A stretch of DNA of 64,000 nucleotides from Eledone cirrhosa. Lineage: Eukaryota. The stretch is taken from assembly GCA_964016885.1 (NCBI GenBank), contig OZ024741.1, positions 238,080,001 through 238,144,000 on the forward strand, written 5' to 3'. Both the position numbers and the translations under genes were made by a program. Position 1 is the stretch's first letter. Every line of letters begins with the position of its first letter. Shown here piece after piece: positions 1-10,556 of this stretch. Below the pieces are notes generated by a model. It was not told the origin of the DNA. It saw only the letters and a program-made list of their open reading frames with translations, and did no database searches.

Positions 1-18
1 TTATTATTATTATTATAG

Positions 19-1800
19 ATATGTCCTTGAAGGACATTTCTGTCTTAGACAAAGAAGAGAAGAGGGTGTTTAGAAAAGAACAATACAGAGCACTAAAAAG
101 AATGTATATCATTGAAAGAAATATGCCTAAAAGCAGTAATGGAGGACCTTTAGTAACGTCTAATGGCAAAGAAAGCCAAGATAGAAAGATATAACCAAAG
201 AATAATGCAATATCAGCAAAATAGATTTTTCAGAGTAGACCAAATGAGATTTTACCAAGAAATAAATGGAGTGTGTACAGATGAAGTGATGATACCAGAT
301 AGCAATGAAAGTCAAAAGTTTGAAGACACATTTGGAGTAAAGAGAAAGTACACAAGAAAAACGCTAAATGGTTACAAGAACTAAGGGATATGAAGGAAGT
401 CAGAAAAAAGATGAGAATTAGAAGTCTCTGGGACCAGTTGGAGTTCAAGGCCACACTGGATCAAAAGATTTAGTGAATGCCATGTACACATAGCTGAACA
501 ACTCAACACATTGTTAAATGCTGGCCAAGTAATACTAGAGTGGCTGTCAAAGAGGAGGACAGTTCTGTCCTAGAAAGACATCACAAAAGAAACAACTACA
601 CACTGATATCATGCTTACTACATATGTGGAAGTTATTTACTGGAATAATCACTGAGTCAATGTAGAAGCATCTTGAAGAAAATGGAATTTTATCAGACAA
701 GCAGAAAAGGTGCAAGCATAAGTGCAGCGGTACCAAGGACCAATTTTTGATATCAAAACAATATTTAGGGATCGCAAGAGGTATAAAACCAACTTGGTCA
801 TGTCGTAAATTGATTACCTGAAAGCCTATGATATGATCCCACATTATTGGATCATGGAATGTGTGAACCTAGAAACAGAAAACAAAACTGACAGCATGTT
901 AAAGAAGCTTAGAGTGTGTTTGAATTCAAAGGTTGCCAACAGAAGGTTAACCATTTAAGGACCACTTCAAACTTTATAATAAGGATGAATCCCAGGTCAG
1001 TTCCTTCGTTGTTATGGTGTATATGTTTAGTGCTGTCATCAGAATGGAGTTTGGATTGAAAAAGTGAGGTGTGTTAGGTTTGAACAGTAGCAAAATTAAA
1101 CACATGGAGAGGTTGGTGTTGCCATTGGGGAGGTCATGAGGCAAATAGAAGAGGAAATTATACACACTTAGGGATACTGGAAATGGACAAAGTAATGGAG
1201 GAAGAAATGAAAGAAAAAGTTAAGGTGGAATACTTGTGCAGACTTGTCCTCATCTTGAAATTGAATAGACAGAATAGATAGAAGCTATCAACCCAGAGGC
1301 AGTCTCAGCCTTTAGATATGGAACAGCGATGGTACGTGGGCAGTAGAAACACTAAACAGCTTAGACTAAAAGACATTGACTTGATATGGGGTATTTCATC
1401 CAAAGAGTGATACAAACAGATTGCATGTACCAAGAAAAAGATGAGGAAGAGATCTGATTGAGTTTGAGGACAGCATAAGAGCAGAAGAAATCAACATGGC
1501 AGGTTACCTAAAAATGCCACAGAACTGCTAGTGGTGGAAGAAAGAGGGTCAGGGTTGTACAAAATTGAAGATTGCAAACATAAAAGATAGTACAAGTATT
1601 TGAAGATGGATAAAACTGAAAATAATTGGCCAGAAAGAAGAATACATAGACAATTCCATAGATATGTTGAAGATAGGACAGACAGAAAAAAGGTGGTTAT
1701 GAGTGACTAAAAGTAATGTAAAATCTTTGTTGGGATTTGATAGCTGACTAAATACTCCAGTGTATTTTCCATCTACACTGCATGATAAAGTGATAATAAT
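19..1800 (+). mobile_element. Decayed non-LTR retrotransposon relic, R4/Dong-like (RT fragments)
   Basis: Frameshifted RT-like remnants (GP.G.QG..W, ISCLLHMWKLFTGII, DYLKAYDMIPH.WI, RL.VPRK..GR.L) with many stops; ends in a (TAA/TGA)-like tract. Near-identical to 33770-35545. Confidence 0.7.
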
Positions 1801-1969
1801 GATAGTGATGGATAATGGGGTTGGGTAGGGTGGGCTATTTGATGCTTCCATCCTTCATTACTCAGTCAACATGATGTAAAGTGTATTATGGTGGTATTAT
1901 AGAAGAGAGTGGTAACTAAATCCTAACCTTCCCTCTTAAAGCAAGATTTCAATAGTATGAGTTCCTGGT

Positions 1970-2890
1970 CAGAAACATCCTATGCCATCTTTGTCCTTGG
2001 GCTCTCTCTTCCACAGATTTCACTAACTTCAAGCACTTGGCACTTCTTCATACAACTGTTATTCTCCATGTATGTACCATTGTAACTGCCTCTCTTGTAC
2101 ACTACATCTGATTACTCTCATATTCAATTTTCTCTCGGCTACATGTGTTCTGTCATTCACACACACTAATATTACACACCCAGTAGAGTATACATGTTTC
2201 ATTTCTTTCTAGCCATCACAAATCTGTATTCAAGCACCATGTCCCACTACCATGAAGCATGGCAGTTCAAATAAAAGCCTTATACAATGTATAAAAATGT
2301 GAAGCACTTTATTGCCAGCAGAGGTAACAACTCCCTGATTTTATTCCCCTCTGTAGTCACTTAGGCTAAGCTTTCAGTACACCCCACCCCACTGTTAATG
2401 AGGTTACCTAAACAGAAGCAGCTATCAACTACTTCTAGAGAAGCTTCGGAATGTCTGAGGGAGTTTATTTCATAAAGAATGAGTAATGTTGTTGTTGACT
2501 TCTGTACATCTATCACATACAGCAATATATTCATCCACAAGGTTCTCCATAACCCACCTGAGCCTAATGTAGGCTGTGAATATTAGATGGTACAGATTGT
2601 TTGGGTTAACAATGGCCTCACTATCATCAGTACACAGCTTACCAACATGATTAAGACAATATCAAATGTAGTTGAACCAATATGAGGTAGGCCGTTTTCT
2701 TCAACAACACCATCTCACATATGTTTGGATTATATTGGAACTAAACAGAGGTGTGTGGGTCAAAATAGTAAGTTCATCATGATTCAGCACACTTCACAAT
2801 AATAAGTACACATGGATGAAAGTTACACAGCATCTTGGCCTCCATGTATAGACCACATAAATGCCGCTGTTTTGTATCACAGAGCAAGGT
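1970..2890 (-). mobile_element. Decayed RTE-like LINE relic
   Basis: Reverse strand near 2230-2290 reads LYKAFI*TAMLHGSGTW, matching the RTE-type motif at 6720-6775. Paralogous copies at ~13850-14790, ~25500-26470 and ~35600-35900. Boundaries approximate. Confidence 0.55.
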
Positions 2891-4046
2891 TTTTCCGAAA
2901 AGGGTTAAGGTGATGTAATTCATTCATCTAGGATACGAGGTGTTGTATTACATTCTTCAGTGTCAACCATGATGCTTTGGTCATAAACCTAGGTGTTGCC
3001 ACATGCAATTCAGGAGAGTAAACTGATTAAATACCAGCCATTAATGGTCAAATTCCATTTTACACTAGCTACTGTTAAGACCTCCAATGTTCTTGGTTCC
3101 TAGACTACCGGCTTCTTATGCTAAATTAGAATGAGGGGATCACCATCGAGGAAGGATCCCTTTTGTAGTGGAATGGCTGATAAAATGGATACCAGTACCT
3201 GGTTTGTTATGCCAAGGCTTTTGACATCTGATATGTAGCTATGATATACTGTTCAACCAACATTTTCTTTTCTGATTGAAAAATTAAATAAATTTCATAA
3301 TGTTTAAAAAAAATGTGTAAATGTTATTTATTTCTAAATACACTTTATTAGACTCATGTGAATAATTTTTAATATATCATCTCTTCTGATGTGATAATGG
3401 TTACATGCCTATGGCTAGATGTGGTAGCTGAATGATACAGGAGGAAAACAAACTGTACTAAAACATGGACATTTCCTACTTGCTTAAATGCTGGATGAAA
3501 TATACTGAAATTGTATTAAACTGCATTTATTGTTGTCAGAGTTAACATATTTTAACAATACACGACAATATCATTAGTTTCTATCTCACAATAAATATAG
3601 TAAGATATATAAACTACATTATATTTATGAACATTTTTATAATGCTAAATATTCTGTTAGATATCATTAAAGCCAGAGAAAGATTAAGATATAATTACTG
3701 AATTATTATGACAATAGCTATGAACTATATTAACATGCATTACAAACATTCAGTCTTATTGGCTATCAAACAATATATTCTAATAGTTAAATATATACAC
3801 CTAGTTTGAACTGTCACATCAATATTGTATATAAAATATATAGTAGCAATATATACAGTTTAATATTATAGTGTGTTTTATATGACTCTGATATTACAAT
3901 ATGTAGTCTATCTAGAGGTAATTGTACTACTACTACTACAGCAGCAGTTGTTGTTGTTAATGGTGGAAGTGATGGCAAGATCTCTCTATTTCACATGAGC
4001 CCATTTCTTGTAGGTGTATATATGTGTCTACAAATATATATATATA

Positions 4047-4146
4047 CAGGGTATCCCCAAAAATGTTTATACACTTTGATTACCTGTAGAGGCATTATTT
4101 ATTAGAATGCTGTTGAAGTGAGTATACATTATTGGGGGACACCTTG
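4047..4146. mobile_element. 100-bp Tc1/mariner-type MITE
   Basis: Imperfect ~30-bp TIRs (CAGGGTATCCCCAAAAATGTTTATACACTT / AAGTGAGTATACATTATTGGGGGACACCTTG) with TA flanks; absent from paralogous sites near 27800 and 37190. Confidence 0.75.
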
Positions 4147-4168
4147 TATATATATTTATATATATATA

Positions 4169-4575
4169 TCTGAGTCTCTCTCCACGTATTGACCTGCTGA
4201 TAGGTGGTATATTGCCATAGAGATCCTTATTTGTTGGGTGTTCCCTCCAAGAAACGTTTAAAGCAGCGCGGAGCATATGTGTGTATGCCCCGTCTAGCTT
4301 TTTCTCCAGTTTCGACGTTAGCGTCAATACGTGGACAGAGACTCAGATTTGCTGGCCACTGTTGGCGCAGCAAGGAAGAAATAGCAGGTGATGTGTTGTT
4401 ATGGAGTCCATCTTATGGAGCAAGAAACGCTGGTCGTCCCAAGAAGACATACGTCAAGCAACGTGAGGACGATACTGGATGCACTGCGGAAGAACTGGCA
4501 AACGCTATGAGAGACAGAGATGGATGGAGGAAATGTGTCGTAGAAAGCCGAGCAAGCTCGACCTGATGATGATGA
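4169..4575 (+). mobile_element. 5'-truncated, 5'-inverted RTE-like LINE 3' end
   Basis: Minus segment encodes LEKKLDGAYT.MLRAALNVSW...ISRSIRGERLR; plus segment continues SIRGQRLRFAGHCWR...GRPKKTY...RDGWRK..*, then a (TGA)n tail. Inserted in a (TA)n tract. Confidence 0.8.
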
Positions 4576-4794
4576 TATATATATATATATATATATCATA
4601 ATTATCATTTAATGGCTGTTTTCTCATACATATATATATAGCACACATTTTTAATTTTGTGTTAGCCTGTTTCACTATAAACATATCATCATTCTCATCA
4701 CCTTTTAGTGATAAGGCTGATGTGTTTATAATGAAACACAGGCTAAAGACAATATAAATGTTATGATTATGAACAAGAGGGAGACAAAGGGAAA

Positions 4795-4920
4795 AAGAGA
4801 GAGATAGGTATATAGATAGACAGATAAATAGAGAGATAGATAGACAGACAGATAGATAGAGAGGGAGAGAGATAGATAGACAAACAGATAGATAGAGAGA
4901 GAGAGATAGAGCAAGAGAGA
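4795..4920. repeat. Compound (GA)n/(GATA)n microsatellite next to the leader-exon donor
   Basis: Directly visible. Paralogous tracts at ~16690-16797, ~28010-28126, ~37405-37520, shorter at ~46365-46391 and ~55425-55450. Confidence 0.9.
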
Positions 4921-4925
4921 CTTAC

Positions 4926-5300
4926 CTTCATTGTTTAATCCTTATCCTTCACTGTAGTAGCATGTAATGGATGATGTGTATCCTGCTGTAGTGTTCCAGT
5001 ATGATGGCTGCTACTGCTGTAGTTGTGTTATAGTGTAACTGCTGCTACTGTAGTGTCCCATAATAATTGCTTCACTGCTGTAGTGTTTCAGTGTAACTGC
5101 TGCTGCTGCTGCTATGGTGTTCCTGTGTAACTGCTGATATTGCTGTGTCCCTGTGTAACTGCTGGTGTGACAGTAGCTATATGTAGTGGGAGGAGGGATG
5201 TTAACTAGATGGTGTTGTGTGAGTTATATCCCTATATCTTCCACACACACAAAAGTGTGTATTATGAACAAAGAAAAAAGCTATCAGCCTCATTTTGAAT
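4926..5300 (-). other. Putative leader exon of a seventh protocadherin gene left of the window
   Basis: Ends in CAATGAAG|GTAAG (donor at 4925-4924); paralogous to five other leader blocks. 5' boundary estimated. Confidence 0.6.
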
Positions 5301-5400
5301 ATTGAAAGAAATATATAAAATCTTCCTTAACCAATAGGAAATTACTGCAATGTTGTCTGTGTAACAGAAACACAGGAAATAATAGAATCCATGTCAAACA
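5265..5400 (-). promoter_or_regulatory. Conserved putative promoter block (CCAAT plus TATA-like)
   Basis: CCAAT at 5331-5335, ATATATAAAA at 5311-5320; block retained in all six units even where neighbouring spacer DNA has diverged. Confidence 0.45.
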
Positions 5401-6104
5401 GAAATAGTTTGATAGTTTATGTTATAATACTAATTCAAGTTAAATTTAATGACAATAATCCAGAATTCTTTACTTTGCAGCTAATTATTTTAAAATTATA
5501 AACTATTTTTTATTATATTTTAATATTAAAATTAATTATTATAATTAATTACATATTTTAAGATATAGCTGCTTATAATTTATGTATTATCTCTTTTTAA
5601 CAGAAATGCCAAACTCCTAGCTTTTGATACAATTTACTCTAACTTGTAGTTAAATATTAACGTTGCTCTCCTATTTCTAAATGTTATAATGCAGTAAAGG
5701 AATTATATTATATTTCTTGAAATTTTTCTATATAGTCTTATATCTAAGTTAAACAATATTGTATAAAACATCCATTAAATGATTCACAATCTAAATAGTT
5801 TCATGATCAAAATAGGAAAATTATAAATATATTTAAAAAAATGAATGTTAAAATGGAAATTAAAAGATTTAATAAAAATAAACAAAACATATTTTAAACT
5901 ATAATAATATTATAGTGTACTATATTTATATTATTTAAGTGTCTGAGGTGTAAATTAGGGGACATAGTATATGACACTGCAGGTAAGACATTTTGTGTAA
6001 TGATGGGGAAGTAGTTATAGGTTTGATATTCTCATATCACTATAAAGTATTCTATAACGTTTGGTGTGTGAGAGAATCATTTAACAATAGTGATGGGACA
6101 TCTA

Positions 6105-6184
6105 CTATGTTGGCTGTAGATAGGTATCTTGTACTTGTTGTCCCTTTTGTATTGTGGCTGGAACTGTATTGTCATTGGTATATT
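6105..6184 (-). CDS. Pcdh: Protocadherin gene 1, terminal coding exon ((E)YTNDNTVPATIQKGQQVQDTYLQPT*)
   Basis: Pyrimidine tract ...tattttccag| acceptor; phase 1 matches the previous exon; TAG stop; conserved in six copies. Confidence 0.8.
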
Positions 6185-6261
6185 CTGGAAAATAGAAAAT
6201 ATAGAAATAGAAATTATATTTCAATATAACAACTCTGTAAAGATAAAAACATTGTTAAACA

Positions 6262-7393
6262 TAACATGGCCTAATCAAAAACCTTAAAGTTAACTTGTCT
6301 AAGACTAAAGTTCTAGTATGTAGAAAGGAAAATAGAGTACAGGTGCCCTCTGGGAAATGGCCATGCTCAGTGTAGGTAGAAATTCAGGAGTAGGTAGAAA
6401 TTCCATTCTATGCCCCAAATGCAAACTCTGGGTACATAAAAGATGTAGTGGGATCACAGGCAAACTATCTAAGACTGTAGATTTTATATGTGGCCGATGC
6501 TAAGGTGCAATAAGTAGCAAGTCCACAGGATACTAGCCTTTTCTACTGCCCAGATGGTTCTATAGAAATAGTAGACACTTTCCGTTACCTGGGTGACGAA
6601 ATCAGCAGTGGTGGAGGGTACTCTGAAGTACAGTAGCCAGAGTTAGAATGGGATGGAAAAAGTTCAGAGAGCTTATACCGCTGTTGGCCACAAAAGGTTT
6701 CTCTCTAAAAATGAAAGGCAGATTGTATGATGCCTGTATACGAACAGCAATGTTACATGGCAGTGAGACATGGGCATTGTGTGCAGAGGACCTGCGCAGA
6801 TTGGAAAGGAACGAAACATGCATGCTCCATTGGAGTGTAATAGTAATATACATGAACGGCAAAACATATACGAACTAAGTGAGAAATTAGGAATAAGAGG
6901 GATCAGATGCTGCTTACTTGAGAGAAGATTATGTTGGTATGGTCATGTGATGCGCATGAAAGACGACAGCTGTATAAAAAAATGCAAGGCGATCAAAATT
7001 GATGGAAGTTACGGAGTAGTTGACCCAGAAAAACCTAGGATGACATGATAAAATCTGACCTTGCACACTTACACCTCTCTAAGACAATGTTATTGGATCG
7101 AGATCTTTGGCGCCACACAGTAATACAGAACCCGCCATCCCTACGTGCAAAGTTAACCCACAGTCAGTAGGCCCTTCTTAACCAAATATACATCCCAGCC
7201 CATTACCCCAACTCCCACCAACACCGCCCCTTCTCTGTAAAGTCATGTTCGTACCATAACATCCAGTCCAAACTAAAGAGGTCATGTAGCAGTCACTACA
7301 AAATACAAGCGAGACATGGCCACTCGATCAATCTTGCCTCAAGTGGGACAATTCCTGTCTAACTCATGTTGGCGTTGAAGATAGATGTTAAAC

Positions 7394-7428
<35 letters not shown>
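6262..7428 (+). mobile_element. RTE-clade LINE 3' fragment in the last intron of gene 1
   Basis: KGRLYDACIRTAMLHGSETW and RRLCWYGHVMRM motifs, (GAT)n tail; this intron is 1311 nt against ~160 nt in genes 3-6. Confidence 0.85.
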
Positions 7429-7429
<1 letters not shown>

Positions 7430-7495
7430 AATATTACATATTATCTAACAGTAATAAAAGGAATTACATTTCTGTTATGTTTAGGTAAAGGTTAC

Positions 7496-7643
7496 CTGGT
7501 TGTGAAGGTATCTCTTCATATGGTTTAGTCTTGCCAATACTCTTGTAACCTTCTCTGCTTTTTTGTGATGTTAAGGTGTCACTGTTGTAGTTAGACATGC
7601 TGAGACTGGTGCGACCTTCATGACTATGGATTGAATCACATCT
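7496..7643 (-). CDS. Pcdh: Protocadherin gene 1, second coding exon (148 nt, RCDSIHSHEG...KPYEEIPSQP)
   Basis: ctaatccacag| acceptor, CCAG|GTAAC donor, phase 0 to phase 1, open frame, conserved in six copies. Confidence 0.85.
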
Positions 7644-8162
7644 CTGTGGATTAGAAAAGATGTCAGAAACATGATTTTAACTAGAGTAACTGTTTACATT
7701 TATTAGTTAAATTGATCTTTCTATGAAACAAGAAAGGAGTAATTTTATGCAATGTCATTAAACATCCACAAAATCAGTAGAAACTGCACATATTGAACAA
7801 ATAATATTAATATCGTAAACAATGCAAAAAAAAAAAAGAAACACTGATTTTCAATACAAACTGGAGACTGTGTTGAAAACCTTCCACCAAATGACAATAT
7901 TACTGTGTTCTATTAAATATGATGTAATATGCCATTTATTCATGTCTCAAATATATTAGGATACTTGTAGATTTATAGTAATGATTCTATAGGATTTCAG
8001 TGATGTTTTTATCCAAGAAATCTCAAAATATTGTAGTTTGTAATTTTAAAATGAAAACCAATACTCATCTTCTTTTTAAGAGTGAATAATAAAGCAACAA
8101 TAAATTATGAATAAAAATTGACAAAACAAATATAACATCTAACAATTAAATGTAATATTCAC

Positions 8163-10556
8163 CTGAGGGACTGGTGGAAGTCTCCTTTGTGTTGTTGAGA
8201 ATTTCCACTCATCTGGTAGCTGTTCCATCTCTGGATAAAACTGACTTTTAGATTTTATTGTCTGAAGATTTCTGTTAAATATTTCTTCTGCATTTCTCGT
8301 TATTGCCACAGGATTGTTGGTATGATACAGTAATTGTCTCATCTCAGTCTGAGACAGAAAGTTTGGTGGATTATCTGCTGTTGTAGGTGAGTTATTGGTG
8401 TGATTAATACATCTGAAAACACACAGTGTTATTGACACTACAATAGCCACAGATATTATTACAGCTGCTGCTACAATGATAATTACCCAAGTCATATTGA
8501 GGTTGTTACCAGTCTGTAAGTGGACAGCATTCAACATTGGAGATGTATCATTACTAACAAACAGTGTTAGTATGATAACAGTTGTTGCTGATTGAACTGG
8601 AGTACCACCATCTTTCACTATAAACTGTAGGTCATATGTTCCTGCATCATTTTGGTAAACTGTCCGAGAGAAAGATAAGACACCAGTGTGGGAGTTGACT
8701 GTAAACAGGTTTTTATCATTAGATCTCAGTATTCCATATGTGAGGAAAGCATTGTTTCCAGTGTCTTTGTCAGAGGCTTTCAGAATTGTGATGTCTTTTT
8801 TACTGTGTGGATGGTAGTGGACATCTAGATTGTAAGGGTCATTAATAGGAAAGGTAAAATAGGGAGCATTATCATTTTTATCTAGAATCTCAATAACAAT
8901 ATTGGCAGTGTCATTCAGAGAAGGTGTTCCATTATCTTTGACTAAAACCTGGAATTTATAGATGTCTTTTACTTCCCGATCTATTGATTGTGATGTAGAA
9001 ATAAATCCATATTTTGTAAGTTGGAAAGGAATGTTATCATTGTTGTTATCATTGATGATAGAATATGTAAGTTGACCTCCATCTCCAAGATCAGGGTCTG
9101 TAGCATTGATGAAGCCAATAGGGAAGTCAACTTTCTGGTTTTCATAGGTGAGGAATTGGAATGTATCTTTGGTAAAATGTGGCTGTACATCATTGACATC
9201 AGTTACTTTGACAGAGAAATACTTCTTAGTTTCTAGTTGAGGTGATCCCATGTCATGACATAAAATAGATACTTTATAGTGGTCGTTTATTTCTCTATCA
9301 AGATGTCCCTTAACCATCATTTTATATTCTTTAGAATCTATTTTGGCAAGTTTAAATTTATCATGTTTTAAGTCACAGCTAACCTCACCATTAGGTCCAA
9401 CATCAGTGTCAGTGACTATAACATAAGCTATAAAACTATCAATTTTACTTGCTTCTGAAACTCCTGTGGAACTTTCTGTTAAAGGTGATACAAAATCTAT
9501 ATTTATCACTGGAGCATTATTTTGGTTATTGATTACACGAATTTGAACTGCAGTTACTGAACTCAAAGGAGGTTTCCCTCCATCACGTGCTTCAATAAAT
9601 AATTTATAAAACTCAATCTTACTAAAGTGAAAATTATCATGTAAAAATATCTCTCCAGTTTTCTTATTCAATACAAAATATTTCTGGGAATTTCGAGATG
9701 TTTTATGGTTGAAATGATAAGAAATCTTTCCATTGTCTCCAGAATCTAGATCTGTAGCTTTTACTGTAATAATTGGTAAATGCCTTTGATGTGAATTATT
9801 TATAGATATGTTGTAGACTTTCTGTGAAAATACAGGTGTGTTATCATTAACATCTGTCACAGCTATGTGTACCTTGAGGGTAGCTGTTTGGGGAGGGTTC
9901 CCTCCATCTTTAGCTTCAAGTGTCAACATATATGAGTCTTTTATTTCCCTGTCTAATTTGCCTTCTAAAGATAATTCAGGTATGTAGACTCCATCATGTC
10001 GCCTTATGACAGACAGGGCAAATGGTTCTCTCTTACCTTTCTTGATCATGTACATAAGCTGAGAATTTTTTATTGAAATATCTTGATCAATGGCATTTGG
10101 AAGAGAGATTTTTGCTCCTTTTGTGTCTCTCTCAAAAAATTCAATTTTAACTTCATTGTCTGGAAATTCTGGTGGATGGTCATTGATGTCTTCTATTACT
10201 ATTTTTATTTTCAATATCTTCATAAATGTTTCTGCTTTCCTCACTGCTACTTTAACAATTCTGGAACATTCCTTGTTATATGTACACAGTGACTCAGCAT
10301 CCAGTGTCTGTGTAGTGTATAGTTTTCCTGTGTTGGTGACATTGAATAAGTGAGAACCACTTGACACTGTCCTTTGTAGTTGTGTAAATGTAATGAGAGT
10401 GTGTTGTTGATGTGTAAGAGAGTGTGTTAAGTTAGAATCAACAGCAATGTCTCCTATATAGGTGTGAGGACTGCCTTCTTCATTGAGATGGTAAGTAATG
10501 TCTATAGACAGTACAATGTTTATCAGTAGACAGAGTAGACCAATATATGTTGTCAT
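8163..10556 (-). CDS. Pcdh: Protocadherin gene 1, large coding exon (signal peptide, EC1-6, TM, juxtamembrane; 798 codons, ~873 aa spliced)
   Basis: Cadherin motifs DINDH, LDRE, DVNDN, DxDxG; EC1 C-x5-C (CTYNKEC); TM WVIIIVAAAVIISVAIVVSITLCVF; donor CAG|GTGAAT; acceptor ttttgtag 38 nt before ATG. Confidence 0.95.

Noticed and set aside
4981-5180. Possible CRISPR-like array in the CTGCTGTAGTGT repeats (also considered for 42845-43385)
   Set aside because: Eukaryotic context, degenerate repeats, no unique spacers of regular length, no cas genes.
7528-7550. YKSIGK as a WIRS (WAVE-complex-binding) motif
   Set aside because: Lacks the required Phe of the hydrophobic-x-T/S-F consensus.
7850-7910. 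Conserved intronic block in genes 1-4 as a possible extra exon
   Set aside because: No consistent donor site, absent in genes 5-6, and the flanking exons already join in phase.
8981-10353. Short ORFs overlapping the protocadherin exons on either strand (MSMMYSH..., MERNV..., MINGIW..., MAFGRE...) recurring in each gene
   Set aside because: Shadow frames that recur only because the genes are near-identical; no domain features.
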